This document shows, piece by piece, positions 1 through 8,927 of a stretch of 64,000 bases of DNA. Numbering within the stretch: the first letter of the stretch is position 1; every line of letters starts with the position of its first letter. The notes under the pieces were generated by a model. The model was not told where the DNA came from. It worked only from the letters and a program-made list of their open reading frames with translations, and did not search any database. The DNA comes from an uncultured delta proteobacterium (GTDB taxonomy: Bacteria > Myxococcota_A > Polyangia > Polyangiales > B10-G4): assembly GCA_963727445.1 (NCBI GenBank), contig CAVSGI010000010.1, positions 992,001 through 1,056,000 of the forward strand. The letters are read 5' to 3'. The position numbers and the translations under genes were made by a program.

Positions 1-308
1 TGCTCTTCCATCACGAGCTCCCGCGACGCTTCCCGGAGGTGCTCACCCTCGCGGCCAATCCCGGTGACGTGGCCTCCGACGCGTGGCGTCACGTCCCCTG
101 CCCCGTGCGCCACTTTCTGGTCCGCGGGATGAAGCCTCCCGAGGAGGGGGCGAAGACTAGCGTGCACTGCGCCGTCGAGGACGACCTCCCCTCCGGGGCG
201 AGCTTCGTCGACGAAGCGCCCTTCGAGGCGAGCGCGCTCTCGCACGACCCGGCGCTCGCCGCCCAGCTCTGGGAGCGGAGCGCGCGCTACGCGGGGCTCG
301 CGCCATGA
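1..308 (+). CDS. SDR family oxidoreductase (retinol dehydrogenase-like), C-terminal part, truncated at window edge
   Basis: Frame is open from base 3 (LFHHELPRRF...NPGDVAS...PEEGAKTSVHCA...DPALAAQLWERS), a typical RDH-like SDR C-terminus. Confidence 0.75.
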   Translation, partial: LFHHELPRRFPEVLTLAANPGDVASDAWRHVPCPVRHFLVRGMKPPEEGAKTSVHCAVEDDLPSGASFVDEAPFEASALSHDPALAAQLWERSARYAGLAP

Positions 309-2137
309 GCCGCCGCGCCGCGCTCTCCCTGGCCAAGCGCGCGCTGCCGCCGCTCCTCGGCGTCGTGGGGCTCTTCGCGATCGGGGCGCTGGTGAAGAGC
401 GCAGGCGCTGTGGAGATCGGCGCAACGCTCTTGGACGCCTGGCCGTGGCTCTTCGGGATCGTCCTGCTCGAAGCCGGCGCGGCCGCCGTCGAAGCCTCGG
501 CGGTGTGCACGCTTCTCGGGGATCGCGCAGCGGCGGTGCCCACCCATGGCTGGGTGCGAAGCAGCGGGCTCGCCGTCGCCTGTGCGCTGCTCTTGCCCGG
601 TGGGAGGGTGCTCGGCGAGGTCGTCCGCGCGACGGCGCTCGGCCGATGGGTCGACGGCGCCGAGGCCGCGGCCCTCGTCCTCCGCGTCCACGGCACCTAC
701 CTCCTCACCATCTCCCTCGCCTCGCTGCTCTGTCTGGCCGCAGCCTGCGCAGCACCCGAGCCGAGCTCTCTCCTGGTCGGCCTCCTTCTCTACGGCACCT
801 GCTTCAACCTCGGCCTCGGCACCCTCTTCCTCGCCGGGCCACGCCGCGCGCGCGTGGGGCGCTTCCTCGCGCGACGCGTCGGTCTGCTCGCCGACTTCGG
901 GCCGCGCTTCGACGACGCGTTTCGGAAGAGCTCGTTCCTCGACCCCCGCGCCTACCTGCGCCTCGTCGGCGCGCGCGCGCTCCACGCCGCGAGCTCCGCC
1001 ACCGCTCTCGTCGCGATCCTCGGCGTCGCGGGCGCGTCGCCCGCACGGATCCTCGTCAGCGAAGGCATTCAGCTCGTCGCCTCCCACGCCGGCGATACCG
1101 TCCCGGGCCAGGTGGGCGTGCTCGAAGGCGCCTATCGGCTCTTCGCCGGCATGTTGGGTCTCGGTGAAGCGCTCGGGCTCGCCCTGAGCATCGCCCTCCT
1201 CTTCCGCATCGCGCGCGTCGTGCTCGCCCTCGTCGCGTCGGCGCTCTCCGCGCTCCTCCGCGAACGAAGCGCGAGCGGCGCGGCGGCCCTCGCCGCCTCC
1301 GCGCTCCTCGCCTCGTCCGCGCTCCTCACGGCGCCCGCCGATGCACAGAGCGCCACGGTGGTCGTGCGCCAGCGCGTCGTCGGCGTGATCACCCCCATGG
1401 GCGCCGAGCACGCGATAGGGGTGGGGATGCACGTCCCCCTCAGCCGGAGCGGCAACCCTCTCTTCGAAGGAACCCACCTGGAGCTCGGCGCCCGCACCTA
1501 CACCTCGCCGGTCTACTCGCAGACGGGCGCGTACCTCCAGGTGAGCCCGCTCGCGTTCTTGATCCTCCGCGCCGAAGCCGGCGGCAAGGCGCTCTGGTCC
1601 ATCGGCATGGATGGCGCGGGCTTCTATCCCGTGGGCGGCTACGACGCCGACGTCCGCTCACGGAACCTGCCCGCCGCCGCGGGCCGCGTGGCGTCGGGCC
1701 TCAACGCACAGATGAGCGCGATCCTGCAGGGCGCGTTCTCCGTCGGCGCGTGGCGTCCGATCTTCTGGAATCAGTTGGTGGTCGAATACGAACGCCTCGG
1801 AGCGGAGGACTATCACTACTCGCCCAAGTACGACCTGGTGCTCGCGCGAAGCGAGTGGATGATCGCGAACACCGCGATGGTGCTCCTCGAGCGCAGCTTC
1901 GGGGATCGTCTGGCCCTGCGCGCCGGCGGCTACGACGACCTCCGCTACGTCCTGGCCTCGGGCGCGCGCTCGCATCAGCTCGGGCTCACCGCCATGGTCG
2001 CCATCGGCTCCGGCGGCTGGCTGCGAGAGCTCCTGATCTTCGCGCGCGCGGGCGTCTTGCTCGCGCCCGAGCGGCGCGCCGACCAGGCGACGGGCCTGGT
2101 CGGCTTGATCGCGCGCTACGACGTGGGTGAGCTCTGA
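305..2137 (+). CDS. Lysylphosphatidylglycerol synthase TM (flippase-like) domain fused to a C-terminal beta-rich domain
   Basis: Multi-TM N-half with LLPGGRVLGEVVRA and VPGQVGVLEGAY motifs; ATGA overlap with the SDR stop. Confidence 0.7.
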   Translation: MSRRAALSLAKRALPPLLGVVGLFAIGALVKSAGAVEIGATLLDAWPWLFGIVLLEAGAAAVEASAVCTLLGDRAAAVPTHGWVRSSGLAVACALLLPGGRVLGEVVRATALGRWVDGAEAAALVLRVHGTYLLTISLASLLCLAAACAAPEPSSLLVGLLLYGTCFNLGLGTLFLAGPRRARVGRFLARRVGLLADFGPRFDDAFRKSSFLDPRAYLRLVGARALHAASSATALVAILGVAGASPARILVSEGIQLVASHAGDTVPGQVGVLEGAYRLFAGMLGLGEALGLALSIALLFRIARVVLALVASALSALLRERSASGAAALAASALLASSALLTAPADAQSATVVVRQRVVGVITPMGAEHAIGVGMHVPLSRSGNPLFEGTHLELGARTYTSPVYSQTGAYLQVSPLAFLILRAEAGGKALWSIGMDGAGFYPVGGYDADVRSRNLPAAAGRVASGLNAQMSAILQGAFSVGAWRPIFWNQLVVEYERLGAEDYHYSPKYDLVLARSEWMIANTAMVLLERSFGDRLALRAGGYDDLRYVLASGARSHQLGLTAMVAIGSGGWLRELLIFARAGVLLAPERRADQATGLVGLIARYDVGEL

Positions 2138-2144
2138 GGTCGAC

Positions 2145-3002
2145 TCAAGCGACTTCGGCCAGCGCCTGGGCCTTGGCCTCGAGGTCCTCGCCTTCGAGGC
2201 GAAGCTCCGCGAGCACGGCGTCGTCGATGCCGGTGGAGAGCGCGTGGGCACGTCCGGCGGCGCGCGACGCGCGGGTGAGCGCGCTCAAATAGGCGTCGAT
2301 GCGGCGATCGAGGACGGCGTGCTGGCCGGTGGAGCCGTCGATGCGCGAGGTGGCGGTGGCGAGGAGCGCGCGGTAGGCGCGCTCGAGGCGCCTGCGCGTG
2401 CCGCGCGAGAGGCGATAGTCGGCGTCGACATGACGGCGACGCAGCACCACCGCGCGGAGCAGGCCGTAGCGGCGCGCGCCAGAGGCGCGGTCCGCCAGCA
2501 TGCGCAGCCGGTGCGTGACGCGATCGTCGATGGTGATGAGGAGCGGCGCCGCCGCGAGGAGCGCAGCGACGGTGACGGCGGCGCCGCGGATCAACCAGTC
2601 CGCGCCGACATAGGCCCACGCCACCCAGGCGGCGATGCCGCCGCAGAGGAACGCGAGGGTGCCGATCAGAACCTGGGTGACGACGTTGCGCGCCCGGACG
2701 AGGCGCTCGCCGTAGGCGAAGCTGACGAGGAGCGCCCCGGCGAGCGCGACCGACATGGGAGCGAAGGCGGTGTAGAGAGCGGCCCCGAGCGCGCCGAAGC
2801 CGACCGCCGCCGGACTGAGGCCGCCCGAGAGCACCACCGCGAGGAGGACGCCGGCGGCGACGCCGAAGGCGGCCGCCACCAACGGATGCGCGGTGGAGAT
2901 GAAGGGCGCCGCGGTGAGCACGGCGCCGAGGAGCAGGACGCGGCCGGAAGAGGTCGCGGCCGTGGCCATGCCGGCGGTGGATCGGCTTCGGGCGGAGGAC
3001 AT
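2145..3002 (-). CDS. Hypothetical membrane protein with helical C-terminal domain
   Basis: Several hydrophobic segments then an Arg/Ala/Glu-rich helix; TGATG coupling to the vWA gene. Confidence 0.65.
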   Translation of the reverse strand: MSSARSRSTAGMATAATSSGRVLLLGAVLTAAPFISTAHPLVAAAFGVAAGVLLAVVLSGGLSPAAVGFGALGAALYTAFAPMSVALAGALLVSFAYGERLVRARNVVTQVLIGTLAFLCGGIAAWVAWAYVGADWLIRGAAVTVAALLAAAPLLITIDDRVTHRLRMLADRASGARRYGLLRAVVLRRRHVDADYRLSRGTRRRLERAYRALLATATSRIDGSTGQHAVLDRRIDAYLSALTRASRAAGRAHALSTGIDDAVLAELRLEGEDLEAKAQALAEVA

Positions 3003-4468
3003 CAGTAGGCCACCCGCGTGCGACGCTGTGCGTTGGAGCGCAGGCCGTAGGCGCGCCCAGCGCCGGAGCTCGCGCTCACCGAGTCGAAGGCCTCGCCGTC
3101 CGCCTCGATGCCCGAGATGGTCGCCTCGAGCCGCGGCGCAGCCGAGGGCGCGGCGGCCTGCACCTCGCGGAGCCTGCGCACGTTCTGCTGCGCGATGTTG
3201 CGGGCGCGGGTCGCGTCGCCGGAGCGCCACGCATCGACTGCGTCCTTCTGCTCGGCGTCGACCACTACCGCCCAGGTCTCGGCGTAGACCTCTTCGTTGC
3301 GGGTCGCCGCGACCTCGGCCTCGGTGCCCACTACGGCGAGCGCCAGCGCGGCGCCGCCGATCTGGTGGATCTCGGAGTCGACGACCGTGCGGTAGTCGAC
3401 GGTGGCGCCGAGATCGCCTAGCCCGCCCGGCGCGCCCGCGACGATCTCGAGCTCGAGCACGGCGCGGCGCGAGCCGCCGGCCGGGAGCGGGCCGAAGGGA
3501 ATCCGGGTCTGGCCGGTCGTCCCAGTGATGTCCGCGCCGTGTGCCCGCGCGACGCGCACGCCGCTCGGCAGGGTGATCAGCGTCGCCACGCTGTCGACGA
3601 CGGTGGTGCTCGCCTGGTCGAGCTCGCGGCGAAGGAACGCCTGGAGCTCGCTGCCGCTCGCGAGGAACTCGTAGTTGCCGCGGCCGGAGTCGGCCACCGA
3701 GGTCATGAAGCGCTCGTCGTAGTCGGTGCCGATACCGAGGGACGAGGTGGAGACGCCCTGAGACGCGCGGTTGCGGATCTGCGAAGAGACCATCTCCACC
3801 GACTGACCCGAGCCGTCGAGCCCATCGGAGAGGAGCACCATGCGGCGCACCAGGTTCTCCGGGGCGCCTTCGAGGGCGCGCGCACCGGCGGTGAGCGCCT
3901 GCGGGATCACCGTGCCGCCGCCGGGCTGGATCATGGCGATGCGCCCGTAGAGCTCCTGGCGCACGGCGCCAACTGGAGCGAGAGGCTGGATCACGTAGGT
4001 CTCGTGGTCGTAGGTGATGATCGCGACCTGGTCCTCGTCACGCATGCGCTCGACGAGCTGGCGGACGGCGTTCTTCGCCTGCTGGATCTTGTCGCCGTGC
4101 ATCGAGCCGGAGACGTCGAGCACCACCGCGAGGGCCACGGGCTGGCGCTCGGCGGCGGTGGCGGCGTTTTCGTCGGCGGTCAGGCGGAGCTCGGCGAGGA
4201 GCCGGCGCGTACCGTTGGCGAGGACCGCTCCCTGGGAGATCGCCAGATGGCCGCTGATGCCCGGCCCGGAGAGGGCGACCTTGGTCGGCCCGAGATTCTG
4301 AACGCTGACCCCCTGGGTCGTGGGGAAGCCGCCGAGCGTCTCGGCCTGACGGGGCGCCGCGTGGCCTGGGGCACGCATGAGCACGATGCCGCCTGCGGCG
4401 AGGGCGACGCATCCGAGAGCGAGCGCCCAGCCTCCCTTCCTGAGCTTCTGCCTGATCTTCTTCTTCAT
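3002..4468 (-). CDS. vWA domain protein (YfbK-like)
   Basis: MIDAS VLDVSGSM, PGGGT, LLSDG, LGIGTDYDE; N-terminal TM/signal segment. Confidence 0.9.
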   Translation of the reverse strand: MKKKIRQKLRKGGWALALGCVALAAGGIVLMRAPGHAAPRQAETLGGFPTTQGVSVQNLGPTKVALSGPGISGHLAISQGAVLANGTRRLLAELRLTADENAATAAERQPVALAVVLDVSGSMHGDKIQQAKNAVRQLVERMRDEDQVAIITYDHETYVIQPLAPVGAVRQELYGRIAMIQPGGGTVIPQALTAGARALEGAPENLVRRMVLLSDGLDGSGQSVEMVSSQIRNRASQGVSTSSLGIGTDYDERFMTSVADSGRGNYEFLASGSELQAFLRRELDQASTTVVDSVATLITLPSGVRVARAHGADITGTTGQTRIPFGPLPAGGSRRAVLELEIVAGAPGGLGDLGATVDYRTVVDSEIHQIGGAALALAVVGTEAEVAATRNEEVYAETWAVVVDAEQKDAVDAWRSGDATRARNIAQQNVRRLREVQAAAPSAAPRLEATISGIEADGEAFDSVSASSGAGRAYGLRSNAQRRTRVAY

Positions 4469-4648
4469 CCGAAAAACCTCCTCCGCGCCGGTCCCCTCGA
4501 CGTCCAAGTTGACCCAGACGATCGAAACCGGTGGTTAGGTCTCCGTAAAAACGGCCGACCTTGGCTTCCGGAGGTTTTTGGTGGTGCGATGCGGCAGCAC
4601 CGCACGCGAAAAGGGCGCTATTTCAGCGGGTTCGAGCGGCCGTGCGCG

Positions 4649-5371
4649 CTACTGCTGCTGGACGACCTGAGGGCCGTCTTCTTCGCCGTGCTCGACGATC
4701 TCGATGCCGCCTCCAGACCCCGAACCCTGGGCGGTGGGCTCGGAGGTCTGCTGGACGGGGGCCTGACCCCCGGCGGTCGTCGTCGCGGTCCCCGCGGGCA
4801 GGGTCTGGGCCGGCGGCGCCACCTGCTGGCCGGGCATGCCGTCGATGCTGGCGACCGTGTCCCCGTTGAAGTGGACCACCACGCGACCCGAGCTCCCCCA
4901 GAACGTCCACGCCGGCATGTTCAGATCCGGTGTCTCGTGGTCCGGCGGATAGCCGAGGGCGGCGATCACGCCGGCTCTGGACATACCGATGGCCGGCAAG
5001 CCGGTCTGCACACCCTGTCGATCGACGGCGCTCATCTGGTCCATCTTGGGGCACTGGGTCCCGAAGTAGTGCTGCAGATGCGTCTGCACAGGCAGGCGCG
5101 AGGCGCGATGGATCACGTAACGATAGCGGGTGCCGGCCGCGTCGAAGATGATCTCGCGGCCGCGTGCGCGCCGCACCAGCACCGGCGTGCAAGCGGGGAT
5201 CATCACGCTGCCGCGCCACTCGTTGATCGAGGTCAGCTGCGTGCCGTGCGCGCGCAGATTGGTGAGCGTCAGGAGGTTGCCTCCGTTCTCGAGGGGAACG
5301 GAGCGACGGCAGCCACCGGTGCAGAGCAAGACGAAGGCTGCGAAGGCAAAGAGCAGGTAAGGTCGGCGCAT
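4649..5371 (-). CDS. Lipoprotein, possible SmpA/BamE-like domain
   Basis: Lipobox-like signal; IGMSRAGVIAALGYP...W-F...VHF pattern. Confidence 0.6.
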   Translation of the reverse strand: MRRPYLLFAFAAFVLLCTGGCRRSVPLENGGNLLTLTNLRAHGTQLTSINEWRGSVMIPACTPVLVRRARGREIIFDAAGTRYRYVIHRASRLPVQTHLQHYFGTQCPKMDQMSAVDRQGVQTGLPAIGMSRAGVIAALGYPPDHETPDLNMPAWTFWGSSGRVVVHFNGDTVASIDGMPGQQVAPPAQTLPAGTATTTAGGQAPVQQTSEPTAQGSGSGGGIEIVEHGEEDGPQVVQQQ

Positions 5372-5419
5372 GGCAAGCCCAGGGTAGAGGAAGCGAAGAC
5401 GACTGTCAGGAGACCGTAT

Positions 5420-6472
5420 TCACCGACCGCGAGCGCTCGTCCCCGCGGAACCCCGGGTTTTGCGCCGCCGCACGAAGGCGCCGAGGAAGAGCCAGGGGAG
5501 GTGCGCGAAAGGAGTGGACCCCACCGCGTTACAGCCGCCGCCGTCACCGGTGGACCCAGCATCCGCAAGGGCTCCATCACCCCCATCCGTGGATGCATCC
5601 GGCGCCGCGCCGTCGCCAGCACCGCCGTCGTCGATGACCGCATCTGGGGAGACCCAGGCCGGCAGGGAATAGCCACCGTCCGAAGCGGCCGCGCGTCCGA
5701 GCTCCCGCAGCCAGTCGCGCCACGCGTAGGTCGCCGAGAGGATCGGCGCACCGCACGGGTTGACGCCGCGGGAGGTCACGCCGATCACACGCCCCTCGGC
5801 GTCGAGGGCCGGCGAGCCGGAGTCGTACTCGCAGATCACCCCGTCGCCGACCTCGAGCTCCGTGTCCTGCACGAAACCATCACCGCATGCGGCGGCGCCG
5901 ACGCAGACCACCTCCAGCCCTTCCCCGACGCGGCGCTCTCCGAGGCCGCCGCCGCTGCCATCGCTCCCGAAGCCGACGGCGGTCACGACCTCGCCTGCGA
6001 TCGCGGGTGCGTCCAGCCGCGGTGGGAAGGGCGTGGCCTCGCTCGCGTCCAGGTTTCGCGCGAGCACGACAGCGGCGATGTCGAAGCCGCACTCGTCGTT
6101 TCCATCCGGAGGCACTTCAATCCGCGCTCCGGCGACGTAGACGCTCGGGTCGTCGGGGGGCATGACGCCCATCGTGGTGGAGAGCGTCTGATCGCCCGCG
6201 ACCGGCGTCCCCAGAGGCGAGCTTCCGCAGGCGACGAACCCGCCGGTGGTCGGCGAGACGCAGTGACGGGCGGTGAGCACGAGGTTGGGCGAAAGGAGGA
6301 CGCCGGTGCAGCGGGCCACGCCCGAGGGCTTGTTGATGAAGATGCCGACGACTCCGGGATAGCTCCCGTCGTCGAGGGTGCCGTTCACTGCGCCTCGGGT
6401 CGCCCCGACGTCTTCGGAGTGACAGCCGACGCTCCAGGCGAGCAGCGCGGCGATTGTCAGAACGTGACGCAC
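5420..6472 (-). CDS. Trypsin-like (S1) serine protease lipoprotein with MYXO-CTERM-like tail
   Basis: CTGVLLSPNLVLTARHC (His), DIAAV (Asp), YDSGSP (Ser); C-terminal GGGC...hydrophobic...RRRK. Confidence 0.85.
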   Translation of the reverse strand: MRHVLTIAALLAWSVGCHSEDVGATRGAVNGTLDDGSYPGVVGIFINKPSGVARCTGVLLSPNLVLTARHCVSPTTGGFVACGSSPLGTPVAGDQTLSTTMGVMPPDDPSVYVAGARIEVPPDGNDECGFDIAAVVLARNLDASEATPFPPRLDAPAIAGEVVTAVGFGSDGSGGGLGERRVGEGLEVVCVGAAACGDGFVQDTELEVGDGVICEYDSGSPALDAEGRVIGVTSRGVNPCGAPILSATYAWRDWLRELGRAAASDGGYSLPAWVSPDAVIDDGGAGDGAAPDASTDGGDGALADAGSTGDGGGCNAVGSTPFAHLPWLFLGAFVRRRKTRGSAGTSARGR

Positions 6473-6545
6473 GACGACTCCAATGTACCAGCTCGGCAGG
6501 GCTCAGCGGTTGCGGTCAGAGCCCGTCGACGCTACCCCCTTCGCC

Positions 6546-7688
6546 ATGCGCTTCGATGCCGTCTCGCTCCGCCACGCGCTGCACCGATCCGCCGAGATCG
6601 CTGGCGAGGAGCGAGCGACCGCGGCGCGTATCGTTCGGACGCTCGAGGCGTTCGAGCCCGACGACCTGCTGACGGAGGTCGGTGGCCACGGTGTCATCGC
6701 GACGTTCCGTGGCAGCGAAGCGGGTCCCCGCGTCTTCCTCCGCGCCGAGCTCGACGCGCTCCCCATGCCGGAGGGCACACCCCTGCCCTACGCCTCGGCG
6801 TCGAGCAAGGCAGCGCACAAATGCGGTCACGACGGACACATGACCATGGTCGCCGGCCTCGCGCCGCGGTTCCGCGAGACGCCCCCGCGGCGGGGCGAGG
6901 TCCACCTGCTCTTTCAGCCAGCCGAAGAGGTCGGCCGCGGTGCGGCGCACATGCTCGAAGATCCGCGCCTCTCTCTCGCGCCGACCGATTGGATCTTCGC
7001 CGCCCACAACCTCCCCGGCCATCCACTCGGCGAGGTGGTGCTCCGCGAGGGCACCTTCGCCGCGGCGTCGACCGGCTTCGCGTTCCACCTCGGCGGCACG
7101 TCTTCCCACGCTGCCGAGCCGGAGCGTGGCAAGAGCCCGGCCCTCGCGATGGCCCACCTCGTCTCCGCGCTGAGCGCCCTACCGCAAACCGAGTCCGCCC
7201 TCGGCGAGGGCGGGAAGGTGACCGTGGTCCATGCGCGCCTCGGCGATCCGGCCTTCGGAACGAGCCCTGGCGACGCCGTCGTCATGGCGACCTTCCGCGC
7301 CTACGAGACCGCGCTCCTCGACCGCCTGATCGCCCGCGCCGAGCGCCTCGCGGAGGGGGCCGCCACGGCCCACGGGCTCACCCTTCGCACCGAGCGGGTC
7401 GACCCCTTCCCCGCCACCATCAACGATCGCGAGGCCGTCGAGCGCCTCGAGCGCGCAGCAGCGACCCTAGGGATGCGCGTCGTCCGCGCCGAGGCGCCGT
7501 TTGCCTGGTCCGAGGACTTCGGCCACTTCACCGCGGGCCGGCGCGGCGCCCTCTTCGGCCTCGGGGCCGGCGAAGAGCAACCGCCGCTGCATCACCCCAG
7601 CTACGACTTCCCCGACGCGCTCCTCGACCGCGGCACCGATCTCCTCGAGGCGGTCACCCGCGCGTGCCTCGATGAGGACGAGGCATGA
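6546..7688 (+). CDS. M20 family amidohydrolase
   Basis: LRAELDALP, HKCGHDGH, FQPAEE, SEDFG, LHHPSYDF. Confidence 0.92.
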   Translation: MRFDAVSLRHALHRSAEIAGEERATAARIVRTLEAFEPDDLLTEVGGHGVIATFRGSEAGPRVFLRAELDALPMPEGTPLPYASASSKAAHKCGHDGHMTMVAGLAPRFRETPPRRGEVHLLFQPAEEVGRGAAHMLEDPRLSLAPTDWIFAAHNLPGHPLGEVVLREGTFAAASTGFAFHLGGTSSHAAEPERGKSPALAMAHLVSALSALPQTESALGEGGKVTVVHARLGDPAFGTSPGDAVVMATFRAYETALLDRLIARAERLAEGAATAHGLTLRTERVDPFPATINDREAVERLERAAATLGMRVVRAEAPFAWSEDFGHFTAGRRGALFGLGAGEEQPPLHHPSYDFPDALLDRGTDLLEAVTRACLDEDEA

Positions 7689-8848
7689 CCGCCACGCTCG
7701 CCACCTCGTCGATCACGCTCAGCCGAAGCGCCCTCGCCGGCAACGTGCGCTTCCTCCGCGACCTGATCGGTCCGAGCGTGCGGCTCTGCTCGGTCGTCAA
7801 AGGCAACGCCTATGGGCACGGCATCGCGGAGCACGTGCCCCTCGCCGAGGCCGCGGGCGTCCGGTGCTTCGCCGTGTTCGGCCCGGGGGAAGCCGAGGCC
7901 GTCCTGGCCGCGCGCACCACGGACGCGACGATCGTCGTGATGGGCCCGGCCATGGGCGACGCGCTCGAATGGATGGTCGACCGCGAGCTCTCCTTCTTCG
8001 TCCACGACGTAGCGGGCCTCGAGCGTGCCGTCGCCGCGGCGCGCCGACGTGAGCGGACCGCGCGGATCCATCTCGAGCTCGAGACCGGGCTCTACCGCAC
8101 CGGGCTCAGCGATCACGTCCTGCCGCGCGTGGCGAGGCTGCTCGAGGACGCAGGCGAGGCGGCGAGCGTGGTGGGGACGTGCACCCACTTCGCCGGCGCC
8201 GAAGACGCCACGAACCACCCACGCATCGAAGCCCAGCTCGAACGCTTCGAGCAGGGGCTCGCTCACCTCGCGCGCCTCGGTGTCTCTCCGGGGCTTCGCC
8301 ACACCGCCTGCTCCGCGGCGGCGCTCCTGTTCCCGGAGGCCCGGATGGACCTCGTGCGCGTCGGGATCGCGCACTATGGCCTGTGGCCCAGCCGCCAGAC
8401 GGCGTCCACGTTTCTGTCGCGCCGTGGCGACGTCACTTGGGATGCGCTGACGCCCGTGCTCCGCTGGACCAGCCGCGTCATGGGAATCAAAGACGTCCCT
8501 CCGGGCGCCCACATCGGCTATGGCAGCTCGTATCGCACCGAGCGCTCGATCCGGGTCGCCACGGTGCCCGTCGGCTACGCGCAGGGCTTCTCCCGGAGCC
8601 TGAGCAACGGCGGACGCATTCTCTTCGCCGGCCACGAAGCGGAGATCGTGGGCGTCGTGAACATGTCGATGCTGCTCGTGGACGTCAGCGACATCCCGGG
8701 CGCCGGCCCCGGTGACGAGGTGACCCTCATCGGTCGTGACGGCGACGCCGAGGTCCGCGTCTCGTCCTTCAGCGATCCGCCCGGACACCCCACCTACGAG
8801 ATGCTGGTGAACCTCGACCCGAGGATCCCGCGAATCGTCGTCGACTGA
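7685..8848 (+). CDS. alr: Alanine racemase
   Basis: VVKGNAYGHG PLP-Lys motif, HLELETG..RTG, THFA, IGYG, PVGYAQG; ATGA coupling to the amidohydrolase. Confidence 0.92.
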   Translation: MTATLATSSITLSRSALAGNVRFLRDLIGPSVRLCSVVKGNAYGHGIAEHVPLAEAAGVRCFAVFGPGEAEAVLAARTTDATIVVMGPAMGDALEWMVDRELSFFVHDVAGLERAVAAARRRERTARIHLELETGLYRTGLSDHVLPRVARLLEDAGEAASVVGTCTHFAGAEDATNHPRIEAQLERFEQGLAHLARLGVSPGLRHTACSAAALLFPEARMDLVRVGIAHYGLWPSRQTASTFLSRRGDVTWDALTPVLRWTSRVMGIKDVPPGAHIGYGSSYRTERSIRVATVPVGYAQGFSRSLSNGGRILFAGHEAEIVGVVNMSMLLVDVSDIPGAGPGDEVTLIGRDGDAEVRVSSFSDPPGHPTYEMLVNLDPRIPRIVVD

Positions 8849-8927
8849 AAGGGCTCGCTGTCTTTGCGTCTGGCGAGGGCCACGCCGAGGAACCCATCAT
8901 CGGGCAGCCATTGTACAATGACGCCGA

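Noticed and set aside
3539..7675. 1378-aa + strand ORF
   Set aside because: High-GC shadow overlapping four well-supported genes; no recognisable motifs
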